A stretch of DNA of 64,000 bases, from contig CAWJXW010000007.1 of assembly GCA_963846925.1 (NCBI GenBank), forward strand, positions 5,495 through 69,494, read 5' to 3'. Position 1 is the stretch's first letter, and each line of letters begins with the position of its first letter. The notes below the pieces were generated by a model, which had not been told where the DNA came from, did not search any database, and saw only the letters and a list, made by a program, of their open reading frames with translations. Below are positions 28,471 to 39,049 of this stretch, one piece after another. Made by a program: the position numbers and the translations under genes. The stretch comes from an uncultured Gemmatimonadaceae bacterium. Its GTDB lineage: Bacteria; Gemmatimonadota; Gemmatimonadetes; Gemmatimonadales; Gemmatimonadaceae.

Positions 28471-29568
28471 TCAATTCCCGGCGAGGAACTTGGCGATCGT
28501 CTTGTTGAGGAAGTCGCGGTCCTCGGGGCTCGCACCCGCGCCGGCGGGATGTCCCCAAAGCGAGGGAATCGGCGTGAACTGGACCTTCGCGATGAACTGC
28601 TGCTCGTAGCGTGCGTCGGTCATCGGAAAGTACAGGTCGGTCTCGGACGGCATGTACAGCAGCGGCACTTTGATCGACTTGAGTGCGCGCTCCACATCGC
28701 CGTCGAAGCCGGGCGTCGCGCCGACGTTGTGCCGCTGCCACGTGCGCGCCTGCAGGATCACGTCGTTCGCGTCGGCGGCCGAGAGGAAGTTCGTGCGGAA
28801 CGTGTTGACGTACTGATCGAACGTCGTTCCGGGCGTTGTGACCGTCTTCCACAGCTCTCGGCGCCACCATTCCTGCGAGTAGAGCCACCCGGCCCACACC
28901 ATGCCGAACGCCTCCATGCCTTTCTTCGGCGGCGCGGTGTAGTCCCCGTTGTTGAACGTTGGATCCGCGGTGAGCGCGGCGATCTGGCCCTCGAGTCGGA
29001 CGATCCCGTGGCCGTAGGTCTTCGCCGTGCCCGACGTCGCGACGACCCGATCCGCGAAATCCGGATAGCTCACCGCCCACTGAAAGGCCTGCTGCGCGCC
29101 CATCGAGAAGCCGATCACGCCTCGCAGATGCGTGATCTTGAGATCCTCGACGAGCAGTCGGTGAACCGCGTCGACGTTGTCCCGAATCGTCGTCACGGGA
29201 AACCGCGGTCCGTGAAGCGGCTCAGGCGTATTGCTCGGCGACGAGGAGTGTCCGTTGCCGAAGAGCTCCGTGGCGACGAGAAACATCGTCGCGGTGTCGA
29301 GCGCGCGTCCCGGCCCGATCAGCCACTCGTAGCCGTGGTGGTTCGCCATGTAGTGCGACGGCAGCAGGATCGCGTTGTCGTGCGCGGCATTGAGATGGCC
29401 GTACGTGCCGTACACCACGATCGCCTTCGGCAGGACGACGCCGCTCTCAGTCTTGAAGTTGTCGATGACGAACTGATGGTGCTCGGCGCGGTCGACGCGT
29501 TGCGCGTGCGCGGCGCCTGCCGCGGTCACGAGGCAGGCGGCGAGTGTGAAGGCCGGTCGGCGTATCAA
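28471..29568 (-). CDS. secreted alpha/beta hydrolase (homoserine O-acetyltransferase-like fold)
   Basis: 365 aa with a signal peptide (AACLVTAAGAAHAQ) and the nucleophile elbow GFSMGAQQA. The layout resembles the MetX family. Confidence 0.75.
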   Translation of the reverse strand: MIRRPAFTLAACLVTAAGAAHAQRVDRAEHHQFVIDNFKTESGVVLPKAIVVYGTYGHLNAAHDNAILLPSHYMANHHGYEWLIGPGRALDTATMFLVATELFGNGHSSSPSNTPEPLHGPRFPVTTIRDNVDAVHRLLVEDLKITHLRGVIGFSMGAQQAFQWAVSYPDFADRVVATSGTAKTYGHGIVRLEGQIAALTADPTFNNGDYTAPPKKGMEAFGMVWAGWLYSQEWWRRELWKTVTTPGTTFDQYVNTFRTNFLSAADANDVILQARTWQRHNVGATPGFDGDVERALKSIKVPLLYMPSETDLYFPMTDARYEQQFIAKVQFTPIPSLWGHPAGAGASPEDRDFLNKTIAKFLAGN

Positions 29569-29599
29569 GAGCTGCTCGGTGCGGTGGGTGGTCGCCGGC

Positions 29600-32289
29600 T
29601 CAGAGCCACGAGCCGAAGCGACGAATGTACCACCCCTTCACGATCTGCGTGAGCACGGCGTACGACAGCACGATCGTTACCAGCCACGGGAAGTAGTCCC
29701 CGGGAAGCGGGACGAGGCCGAGTTTGCGGCCGAACGCGATGAATGGAAGAGTGAGACCCGCCGCGATGATAGCCCCCGTGGTGAGTAGAACCGGCGTCGT
29801 GGCGCGGCTCTGGAAGAAGGGAAGCTTCGCCGTGCGAATCATGTGCACGATGAGCGTTTGCGTCGCCAGCGACTCGATGAACCACCCGGATTGAAACAGC
29901 GCTTGGTGTGCGGGCGCGTTCGCCTCGAAGATGTACCACATCAAGAGGAACGTGCCGATGTCGAAGATGGAGCTGATCGGACCGATGAAGATCATGAAGC
30001 GCCCGATGTCGTCGGCGCGCCATTTGCGCGGAACGCGGATGTACTCCGGGTCCATGTCGTCCCAGGGGATCGCCGCCTGCGAAAAGTCGTACAGCAGATT
30101 GACCGTGAGCAGTTGCACCGGCAGCATCGGCAGGAAGGGCAGAAACGCGCTCGCGATCAACACGCTGAACACGTTCCCGAAATTCGAGCTCGCCGTCATC
30201 TTGATGTACTTGATCGTGTTGCCGAACGTGCGACGCCCCTCGGCGACACCTTCCTCGAGCACGAGGAGACTCTTCTCGAGCAGGATGATGTCCGCCGACT
30301 CCTTGGCGATGTCGACGGCCGAGTCGACCGAAACGCCGACGTCCGCCTGACGGAGCGCGCCGGCGTCGTTGATCCCGTCGCCGAGGAAGCCGACGGTGTG
30401 GCCGCGGGCTTTCAGCGCGCGCACGATGCGCGTTTTGTCGTCGGGCGTGAGCTTCGCGAACACGGTGTGCTCCGCCGCGATCGCGCCGAGCGCGGCGTCG
30501 TCCATCCCGGCCAGCTCGGCGCCGAGGACGATGTGCCCGACGTCGAGCCCGACGTCGCGGCAGATCTTGCGCGTCACGAGGTCGTTGTCGCCGGTCAGGA
30601 TCTTCACCGTGATTCCCTGTGCGGCGAGCGCTCTCAATGCGGGGGCCGCGGATTCCTTCGGCGGGTCGAGAAATCCGATGAAGCCGGCCAGAATCAGCTC
30701 CGACTCGTCGGCGACCGAGTACGCACCGTGTGTGGTCGGGAATGCGCGGTACGCCACCGCCACGACGCGGAAGCCGTCCTCGTTCATGTCGGCCACGAGC
30801 GCTCGCGCGTCGTCGCGCCGTTCGGCCTCGAGCTCGAGCACGCGCGCCTCGTCGAGCTGCGCGCTGTCGTCGCGCACGAACGTGCAGACCGATAGAACCT
30901 CCTCGGCCGCGCCCTTGCAAATGAGCTGATGGTCGCGGTGTTCGTGGTCGACCACGACGGACATCCGCCGCCGCGTAAAATCGAACGGGATCTCGTCGAT
31001 CTTGCCGTATGCCTTGTCGATCGCCAACTCGCGCTGGAGCTCCGCGTGCTCGAGGACCGCGACGTCGAGCAGGTTCTTGAGTCCCGTCTGGTAGAAGCTG
31101 TTGAGATACGCGATCGCAAGAACGAAGTCGTCCTCCTCGCCCACGACGTTGACGTATCGCTCGAGGACGACCTTGTCCTGCGTGAGCGTCCCGGTCTTGT
31201 CGGTGCAGAGGACGTCCATCGCGCCGAAATTCTGGATCGCATTCAGCCGCTTCACCACGGTCTTTCGCCGCGCCATGGTCACGGCGCCCTTTGCCAGGTT
31301 CGTCGTGACGATCATCGGCAACATCTCGGGCGTGAGGCCAACCGCGACGGCGAGACCGAAGAGCAGCGCCTCGACCCAGTTTCCCTTGCTGAGCCCATTG
31401 AGCAGAACGACGATCGGCACCATCACGGCGATGAAGCGGATGAAGAGCCAACTCACTTTCTGCACGCCGATGTCGAACGCCGTGTCGGCGCGACGACCGG
31501 TGAGCCCCTTGGCGAGGCGTCCGAAGCTCGTTTCTCCGCCGGTTGCGACGACCACGCCGGTCGCGGTGCCGCTCACGACGCTCGTGCCCATGAAGCAGAC
31601 CGTCGGCAGCTCGGCGAGCGCGCACGCCGCCGCGGGACGCGGCGCCCGGTCCGCTTTTCGACCGGCAGCGCCTCGCCCGTGAGCGCCGACTGGCTCACGA
31701 ACAGGTCCTTCGCCGCGACCACGCGGAGGTCGGCGGGAATCATGTCGCCCGCCGACAGGTAGACGATGTCGCCCGGCACCAGCTCATCGATCGGGATCTC
31801 GCGTCGCCGCGTGACGGGCATGCTCGCGGCGTCGAACGCGTCCCCAGCCCGTTCGACCGACGTGTTCGTGCGGACCAGCGCGCGCAGCGCCAGCGCCGCT
31901 TTGTTCGAGCGGAACTCCTGCACGAAGCGCAGTCCGGTGCTGAACACCACCATCGCGCCGATGACGACCATCGCCTCGTGGTCGCCCGTCAGGCCGGAGA
32001 CGACGGCGAGAATCGTCAGCAGGAAGTTGAACGGATTGGCGAACGCCCGTATCAACTCGACATACCACGTCGGCGGCTTCTCGTGCGCGACGTCGTTGCG
32101 CCCGTATCGCACGCGGCGCGCACGGACCTCGTCGTCGGTCAGCCCGTTGCGGCTGGCCTCGAGCGAGGTGAACGCCGTGTCGGCGTCACAATACGCGAGC
32201 TCGGTGAGCCGAGCGTCCGCCAAACCGCCGTTCGCTCGACCGCCGTTCTTGATCTGGGGAGCAGGGGCGCGCGGAACGATCGAGGTCAT
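29600..32289 (-). pseudogene. mgtA: magnesium-translocating P-type ATPase (MgtA type), frame interrupted once near 31655
   Basis: Two ORFs (31573..32289 and 29600..31591) together give a full MgtA. Motifs are SALTGEALPVEK, CTDKTGTLTQDKV, TGDN and GDGINDAGALRQADVGVSV. My retranslation shows ...PVEK then, shifted one frame, ADRAPRPAAACALAELPTVCFMGTSVVSG. The total length is 2690 nt (3n+2), and the junction is at GAAAAG (plus-strand TTTT at 31655-31658). Confidence 0.85.
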
Positions 32290-32621
32290 GTGACTCGCGC
32301 GGCTACGGCGGGATGGGGTTGTGCAGGCATCCGCAACCGTAGTGTCCCGGACAGCGGGCAGTTTAGGATTTCCATGGCTCCGGTCAACGGTCGCGGACGC
32401 TAAAGGTTCCTAGCGCAGGCGTCGCGGCGCTAGCGGCTTTCGCCGGACAAGCGTCGCGATTGACAGCGCGGGCCGGTCCCGGCAGTCTTCGGCAGCGCGC
32501 GCTGGGGCGCCTCCTGTCCGCGGCAAGGGAGCAATCCCACCCAACTGGTTCGTTGGCTCGTCGCTCGAACCTTCTTCCGGCCTGTACTCAGCGGACTTCA
32601 GGCGTCTACGGGAGGAGGAAC

Positions 32622-35600
32622 ATGTCCAGGCGTATTGCGCCCACGGACTCCCTCGAGAGCCTCAAGAGGGAGGCGAAACGCTGGCTCAAGGCGCTTCGCG
32701 AGAACGTCGAAGACGCGCGCGTCCGGCTCGCGAAGGCGTTGCCCGACGCAGCCGACACACCGACGCTCCGCTCCATCCAGCACGCGCTCGCACGCGAGCT
32801 GGGGTTCCCCGGCTGGACCGCGCTCAAGGAGCATTTCTCCGGAGTGGGGACGACCGGACGCGTCACCGAGGAGTTGGTCTCGCGGTTCCTCGACAACGCG
32901 TGTCCGGACCACCACGTCCGCGGAGGGCCGGACCACGTTCGCGCTCGCGGCACAGCCATGCGCCTTCTGGCGCGGTATCCAGACATCGCGAATGCGAGTT
33001 TCTACACAAGAGTAGTCTGCGGGGACCTCGCCGGCGTCCTGCGCGAGCTGGAGGAACGGCCCGAGCTTGCGCGAATGCGCGACGGCCCCGAGCGAACCGC
33101 GCGGGGCGACGCCGGCCGCGGCCGCGATCTCCTGCTGAAGGACTGGGGTCCGAAAGGCTGGACGCCGCTCCTCTATCTGTGCTTCACGCGGTTGCCCCTT
33201 GCCGCGGTGGACGAGAATGCGGTGGCGATCGCCCGCGCATTGCTCGATCGCGGCGCGGACCCGAACGACTATTTCATGGCCGGCAGCAGCCGCTACACGC
33301 CGCTCGTCGGCGCGATCGGCGAAGGGGAAGAGGATCGCCCTCCGCACCCGAGGCGCGACGAGCTCGTTCGCCTTCTGCTCGACCGCGGGGCCGAGTTCGC
33401 GTCCTCGCCGGACAACTACAACGGCCAGGTCATCTACAACATCCATTTCCACGGAAACGTGTTGTGGTATCTGAAGCTGATGCACGAGTACTCGGTGCGT
33501 CGGGGCCGCGCCGCCGAGTGGGACGATCCCGAGTGGTCGATGCTGTCGCAGGGCGGTTACGGCTCTGGCGCGCGGTGGCACCTGTGGATCGCCATCGACA
33601 ACAACGACCTCGAGCTGGCCGAGTGGTGTCTCTCACACGGGGCCAACCCCAACGCGGCGCCGCCTGCCGCGAGGAATCTTCCGCAGGGAAGCTTGTACGA
33701 GGAGGCGATGCGTCGTGGCGAGACCGAGATGGCCGAGCTCCTCGCGCGCTACGGCGCGACCCGCACTCAGGTAACCCTCTCACCAGTCGAGACGCTCGTC
33801 GCGTCGGCCATGCGACTGGATCGCGACGCGGTACGTGCTCAAATCGAGCAAAGGCCCGAGCTGCTTCGCGCGCCCGAGCCGATGGCCGTGGCCGCGACCC
33901 GCAACCGCGCCGACGTCGTCGCGCTGCTGCTCGACGTGGGCGTATCTCCGAACGTCGAGAACAAGCAAAAGGAGCGCGCACTCCACCACGCGGCGTACGC
34001 CAACGCGCTCGACGTCGCGCGACTCTTGATCGCGCGCAGCGCGGAGATCGACCCCGTCGAGTCCAACTGGAGCAACACGCCGCTCGGCGCCGCGGTCTAC
34101 TCGCAGCACCAGGAGATGATCGACCTCCTGAGCCGCTACAGCCGCGACATCTGGGAGCTGACCTACGCCGGCAAGATCGAGCGGCTCCGCGAAGTGCTGG
34201 CCGAGGACCCCGATGGCGCGCGCGTGTCGGGCGGGGGAAACACGCCGCTCATGTGGCTCCAACCGGATGACGAGTCCCGCGCGATGGCCGTCGCGAAGCT
34301 CTTGATCGAGAATGGCGCGGACCCCTCGCCGACCAACAATGACGGAATGACCGCGGCGGACAGGGCCGAGCGTCTCGGCATGTTCGAGGTCGCCGCGATG
34401 TTGCGCCGCGCGTCGACGCCGGCGGCACGCGCTGGCGTGGAGCGCTTTCAGAGCATGGCCTCGATCCTCCTCGACGCGTATCGCACGGGCACAGCGGAAG
34501 CGATGGAGCGGTTGTGGGCGCACACGTGGCACCGCAGGTCATGGGAGGCGATGCGCCGGTACGTCCAACTCGATCTCGGGAGACCGCCGAAGACCGAGGG
34601 TGAAGACGGTCCGATCTCCCTTGACGACGCGCGCTGGCTGATCGCGCGCGACAACGGGTTCAGCACCTGGGCCGACCTGATCGAGCACACCGTCGACCAC
34701 GCCGCTGATTCTCACCCGAAGGCGGCCGCGCCGTTCCGGGTGTTGGCGAGGCCGAGCGAGGAGCTGCCACCGTCGCTCGCGCGGACTCGCGATTGGGACG
34801 CGGCCATCGCGACGATCCGAAACCGTGGCCTGCCCGGGCTCGACGCGAACGGCCAGATGACCGACGACGTCCTCGAGCGGATCTCGCGCCTCGAGCACGT
34901 CGCCGTCTTGCGTCTCGGCGGGTCGAAGAACCTCACCGACGCCGGCGTCGCTCACCTCGAGCGCATGACCGAGCTGCGCGAGCTCGACCTCGGCGGATGT
35001 CCGATAACCGATCGCTCATTGGAGATCGTCGCGCGATTGCCAAAGCTCGAGCAACTGGGGTTGTGGCGGACCACCGTCACCGACGCAGGCGCGGCACATC
35101 TTGCCAGGTGCCGGCTGCTGTCGCGCGTCGACCTTGCGTGGACGCCCACCGGCGACGGCGCGATCCGCGCGCTCGCGGGCAAGGAGCGACTCACGCACCT
35201 TCGCGCCGGAGACCTCGTCACCGACGCGGGGCTGGCTGCGCTACACGACTACCCGGTGTTCAAATCGTGGCAGGGCGGGGAGGCGGAGTTCGGCCTCACC
35301 TCGGCCGACGCCGGGCCGAACATGCTGATGTTGCGTGGAAGCATCACGGACCGCGGCTTGGCGACGCTGGTCGGACTCGACGGTCTCTTCGGGCTCAACG
35401 TCGACGACAGCAACCTCGCGATTACCTCGGCGGGGCTCGAGCCGCTCGTCTCGCTGCCGCATCTCGGCTTCCTTGCCTTCGACGCGAAAGACGAATCCAT
35501 GCCGTACATCGCCGCGATGCCGCATTTGCGTTTTCTCATGTGCCAAGACACCGAGGCCGGCGACGACGGGTTCGTGGCGCTGAGCCGCTCGCGCTCGATC

Positions 35601-36125
35601 GAGTACATCTGGGGCCGACGCTGCCACAACCTGCGCGCCCGCGGCTTCACGGCGCTCGCGGATATTCCGACGCTCCGCGCGCTCTCGGTGAGTTGTAGGA
35701 ACGTGGACGATGCGGGCCTCTCCGCGCTGCCGCGCTTTCCATCGCTCCGCGAGCTGATGCCGATGGACGTTCCCGACGACGGCTACCGCCACATCGGCCG
35801 TTGCGAGCAGCTCGAGTCGTTGGTGCTCATGTACTGCCGCGACACGGGCGACGTGGCGACGTCGCACCTCACGAAGCTCGCGCGGCTCAAGAAGTACTTC
35901 GCCAGCTACACGAGAGCGACCGACCGAACGCCGCAGTATCTCTCGGAGATCGACTCCCTCGAGTCGATCGACCTGTCGTCGATCCCCGGCATCACGAACG
36001 CCGGAATCGCCGCGCTCACCAGGCTTCCGCGGCTGCGAGAGCTTCACCTCGGTGGCATGCAACACGTCGATCTTCAAACGCTACCGGCTTTTCGCGAGGA
36101 GGTGAGACTCGACGTGCAGAGCTGA
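32622..36125 (+). CDS. large ankyrin-repeat plus leucine-rich-repeat protein
   Basis: 1167 aa from ATG 32622, preceded by GGGAGGAGG. Ankyrin-like units (TPL..A......V.LLL..GADPN) span about aa 175-595. A helical module, L..LK.EAK.WLKAL...ARE.GF..W..L, occurs twice (aa 10-72 and 608-690). RNI-like LRRs (L..L.L.....TDAGL..L) span about aa 745-1150. Confidence 0.8.
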   Translation: MSRRIAPTDSLESLKREAKRWLKALRENVEDARVRLAKALPDAADTPTLRSIQHALARELGFPGWTALKEHFSGVGTTGRVTEELVSRFLDNACPDHHVRGGPDHVRARGTAMRLLARYPDIANASFYTRVVCGDLAGVLRELEERPELARMRDGPERTARGDAGRGRDLLLKDWGPKGWTPLLYLCFTRLPLAAVDENAVAIARALLDRGADPNDYFMAGSSRYTPLVGAIGEGEEDRPPHPRRDELVRLLLDRGAEFASSPDNYNGQVIYNIHFHGNVLWYLKLMHEYSVRRGRAAEWDDPEWSMLSQGGYGSGARWHLWIAIDNNDLELAEWCLSHGANPNAAPPAARNLPQGSLYEEAMRRGETEMAELLARYGATRTQVTLSPVETLVASAMRLDRDAVRAQIEQRPELLRAPEPMAVAATRNRADVVALLLDVGVSPNVENKQKERALHHAAYANALDVARLLIARSAEIDPVESNWSNTPLGAAVYSQHQEMIDLLSRYSRDIWELTYAGKIERLREVLAEDPDGARVSGGGNTPLMWLQPDDESRAMAVAKLLIENGADPSPTNNDGMTAADRAERLGMFEVAAMLRRASTPAARAGVERFQSMASILLDAYRTGTAEAMERLWAHTWHRRSWEAMRRYVQLDLGRPPKTEGEDGPISLDDARWLIARDNGFSTWADLIEHTVDHAADSHPKAAAPFRVLARPSEELPPSLARTRDWDAAIATIRNRGLPGLDANGQMTDDVLERISRLEHVAVLRLGGSKNLTDAGVAHLERMTELRELDLGGCPITDRSLEIVARLPKLEQLGLWRTTVTDAGAAHLARCRLLSRVDLAWTPTGDGAIRALAGKERLTHLRAGDLVTDAGLAALHDYPVFKSWQGGEAEFGLTSADAGPNMLMLRGSITDRGLATLVGLDGLFGLNVDDSNLAITSAGLEPLVSLPHLGFLAFDAKDESMPYIAAMPHLRFLMCQDTEAGDDGFVALSRSRSIEYIWGRRCHNLRARGFTALADIPTLRALSVSCRNVDDAGLSALPRFPSLRELMPMDVPDDGYRHIGRCEQLESLVLMYCRDTGDVATSHLTKLARLKKYFASYTRATDRTPQYLSEIDSLESIDLSSIPGITNAGIAALTRLPRLRELHLGGMQHVDLQTLPAFREEVRLDVQS

Positions 36126-36146
36126 CCGCCGCAACCGTGTGTTTCT

Positions 36147-38564
36147 TCAAGTCGCGGGGATCCGGCATGCCTGCGGGGACGTGAACTTCTGCTCGTCGAG
36201 ATGGACGCGACGGACCAACGCGGCGAAACGTGGATTTGAGCGCAGAACGTCGAATTGGGAGTAGCACAACGTGGCGTACGACGGCCAGATCGCGTGAAGC
36301 GCGGTCGCGCGCTCCAGTCCATCGAGCGCGCGGGCCGTGTCCTTGATGCCGAGATACGCGAACGCGATGACGATCTCACTGGCCCAGGTTCGCGGACGCC
36401 CTTCCATTTCGCGCGCCATCTGGAGCGCGGAATCGCGCATGCCGGCCTGTCCGTACATGAGCGCGAGATTGGCCGGAAAGGGCGGAGCGACCGCCCGAAA
36501 ATGTCGCTCTCGCCGAAGCGCCTCGTCGTAGTGTTTGGCCGCGGCGAAGCCGAGCGCCGACAGGTCGATGGCCGGCGCGAGCGTCGAGTCGATCTCGAAG
36601 ACGGCCTGGCTCTGCGCGAGGGCCTCGTCCGGCCGACCCAGCGCCAGGTTCGCGCTGATCATCCACGCGGGCGCGAGCGCCGATACCGGGTCGAGCTGTT
36701 GAGCGGTGCGAAGCTCGGTGAGCGCCTCCTGCGGCCGGCCCACCGCGATGAGGTACCTCCCGTACTGGGTGTGCGCCGACGCATCGGTCGGATCCAACGC
36801 GAGCGCTCGTCGAAACTCGTCGCCGGCGGCGTCCCATTCCCACGCATGCGAATGCATCATGCCGAGCGCGACGTGCGCCTCGGCCTGCGTGCTGTCGAGC
36901 ACAAGCGAGCGATTCGCCGCTCCCTCGACGCGAGCGCGAAGATCGGCCGGGGATGCGCCGTTGTAGTAGGGCAGATACTCGAGCGTCTCCGCCAGGCCCG
37001 CGTACGCGCGCGCAAAATTCGAATCCTTGTCGATCGCTTTCTGAAACAGATTCGCCGCTTCGGATACAGACCGGCGCGTCAAGACGAAAAAGCGTGCGCG
37101 CATGTAGTCGTCGTGCGCTTCGGTGTTCGCCGTCCCTTGGTTGCCACCATTTCCGCGCCCCGGGGAGACGGCGGCACTCGACGCGGCGCGCAGTCCGAGA
37201 CGCGGGCCGAGCGCCGCCGTGATCGCCTTGATCATCCTGTCTTCGAGTGCAAAGACGTTGCGTGCGTCGCCGTTGTAGCTCTCCTGCCAGACCTCTTTGT
37301 TGTCGGCCGACCGCGTGACTTGGGTCGCCACGCGAATGCTGTCGCCCTCGCGGCGCACGCTCCCTTGCACGATGTACTCGGCGCCGAGCGCGCGGCCCAC
37401 ACTGCGCGCGTCGAGGTCGCGACGTCCCTTGTACTTGTACGCCGACGAGCGTGCAGTGATCTGAACCCCGGCCACTTTGCCGAGCACGGTGGACAGTTCG
37501 TCCGTCAAGCCGTCGGCGAAGTATTCCTGCGCCGAGTCGCCGCCGACGTTCGCGAACGGCAGCACGGCCAACGTGCGTGCCGATCCGCCGTCGTCGGTCG
37601 CGCCCCCGCGCCCGAACAACACGTCGGCGCCGGCGGCAATCAGCAACACCGCGCTGACTGCGATGAGCGCTCCCCACCCGCGCCGTGTCCGGCGGATGCT
37701 GATCGGCGTCGCTGGAGTCGTGGTCACGTCCTCCAGTCGCTGAACGAGCTCCGTCCCCGATTGCGGCCGCTTGCCGGGATCCTTTTCCAAACACTGCGCG
37801 ATGAGACCGGCAAGCCCGGGCGGCGCGTCCCCTCGTTTGGCCGTAACCGCGGGCGCCGCCTCGGCGAAATGGGCCGCGAGCAGCTGGTGCATCGGGCGGC
37901 CGTGGAACGGGGTTTCCCCGGTGAGCAGCTCGTACGCCAAACACCCGAACGCGTATACGTCGGCGCGATGATCGACGCTCGGATCGCCGGCGGCCTGTTC
38001 GGGCGCCATGTACGCCGGCGTCCCGACGCCCGATCCAACCTGCGTGATGGTCGTGTCGTGCGCCTCGGTGCGCGCGGCCGTGAGCGCCTTGGCGATCCCG
38101 AAATCCGTGACGACGGCGGCTCCGCCGGAGAGAAGCACGTTGTCCGGCTTGATGTCGCGATGCACGACGCCGCGCTCGTGCGCGTACGCCAACGCGCGCG
38201 CGACGTCGCGCAGCACGCTCAGCGCTTCCGGAATCGGCAGCGAACCTACCTTGCCGAGCCTGTCGCGCAGCGACAAGCCCGCGACGAACGGCATCGTGTA
38301 GTACGGCAGCCCCGCGGATTCGCCGGCTGAAAGCAGCGGAACGATGTTCGCCTGCTGGAGCGACGCGGCGAGCCGGATCTCGCGCGCGAATCGGCTCGCC
38401 GAAACACCGGCGGCCAGATCGGGCGAGATCACCTTGATCACGACGGCCCGATCGAGAGCCGTTTCGGTCGCCAGGAACACGCGCGACATGCCACCGCGCG
38501 TGAGCTCCCGCTGCACGGTGTACGAGCCCCCCAACGCCACCTGCAGCTGTTCCTGAAGCTCCAT
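36147..38564 (-). CDS. membrane Ser/Thr protein kinase with TPR C-terminal region
   Basis: 805 aa. The kinase core is a close paralogue of 18637..21831 (RGGMSRVF, VVIKVI, HRDIKPDNVLL, DFGIAK, GTPAYMAPEQ). It has one TM and then TPR-like repeats. Confidence 0.9.
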   Translation of the reverse strand: MELQEQLQVALGGSYTVQRELTRGGMSRVFLATETALDRAVVIKVISPDLAAGVSASRFAREIRLAASLQQANIVPLLSAGESAGLPYYTMPFVAGLSLRDRLGKVGSLPIPEALSVLRDVARALAYAHERGVVHRDIKPDNVLLSGGAAVVTDFGIAKALTAARTEAHDTTITQVGSGVGTPAYMAPEQAAGDPSVDHRADVYAFGCLAYELLTGETPFHGRPMHQLLAAHFAEAAPAVTAKRGDAPPGLAGLIAQCLEKDPGKRPQSGTELVQRLEDVTTTPATPISIRRTRRGWGALIAVSAVLLIAAGADVLFGRGGATDDGGSARTLAVLPFANVGGDSAQEYFADGLTDELSTVLGKVAGVQITARSSAYKYKGRRDLDARSVGRALGAEYIVQGSVRREGDSIRVATQVTRSADNKEVWQESYNGDARNVFALEDRMIKAITAALGPRLGLRAASSAAVSPGRGNGGNQGTANTEAHDDYMRARFFVLTRRSVSEAANLFQKAIDKDSNFARAYAGLAETLEYLPYYNGASPADLRARVEGAANRSLVLDSTQAEAHVALGMMHSHAWEWDAAGDEFRRALALDPTDASAHTQYGRYLIAVGRPQEALTELRTAQQLDPVSALAPAWMISANLALGRPDEALAQSQAVFEIDSTLAPAIDLSALGFAAAKHYDEALRRERHFRAVAPPFPANLALMYGQAGMRDSALQMAREMEGRPRTWASEIVIAFAYLGIKDTARALDGLERATALHAIWPSYATLCYSQFDVLRSNPRFAALVRRVHLDEQKFTSPQACRIPAT

Positions 38565-38707
38565 ATCCCCCGTCGGACGAGAGGACAGCGGCTGAAGCTA
38601 AGAAGCGCGTGCGGACACCGCGAGGATGGAGGCGGCTTCGCTGGCGTCTTTCGGCCGCCCATTGCGCAATGCTAGGGGAGCGAGTCCGCGAATCTCAGGG
38701 AGCCAGC

Positions 38708-39031
38708 ATGGCCGAAATGCCGCTGTCGGGGCGCAATCCGTTCGGGCCGGTCGACTCTTCCCGGGTCATGGCCGCGCTGAAGGCCGCGGGCTCCTTCGAC
38801 CCCGACGTGCTCTATGCGGCCAAACGGCGAATGCTGGCGCCCTATCGCGACCTGCGCCGACTCGCGGTGCTCGGCATTCTGCTCGGGTGCGCCCTCATCT
38901 TCGTCCTCGCGATGACCGTCCTCGGCATCCTCGCGTTCGTCGCCTCGGCGATCCTCTGGCGGTTTCAGGCGCGCCAGGTGGCCAACGTCGAAGCGGGGTA
39001 CGCGTGGTTTCTCGCGTCCGCCAAGTCCTGA
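38708..39031 (+). CDS. hypothetical small membrane protein
   Basis: ORF 38609..39031, with the start taken at ATG 38708 after CAGGGAG. It has two adjacent hydrophobic spans (LAVLGILLGCALIFVLAMTVLGILAFVASAILW). Confidence 0.5.
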   Translation: MAEMPLSGRNPFGPVDSSRVMAALKAAGSFDPDVLYAAKRRMLAPYRDLRRLAVLGILLGCALIFVLAMTVLGILAFVASAILWRFQARQVANVEAGYAWFLASAKS

Positions 39032-39049
39032 TCGCCGCGCGCGCTCCTG

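Noticed and set aside
29565-31625. 686-aa minus-strand ORF overlapping mgtA in another frame
   Set aside because: It is an Arg/Gly-rich shadow frame. The mgtA frame contains DKTGT, TGDN and GDGIND.
32291-32460. Possible Mg2+ riboswitch (M-box) or other leader upstream of mgtA. I noticed GGUCAACGG and ACGCUAAAGG, reminiscent of M-box core strings, and a 7-bp perfect hairpin CTAGCGC...GCGCTAG.
   Set aside because: The M-box-like strings read on the plus strand (the wrong strand for mgtA) and in reversed order relative to the M-box consensus as I remember it. I cannot build the fold by eye. An Rfam cmscan (RF00380) on the minus strand of 32290-32470 is needed to decide.
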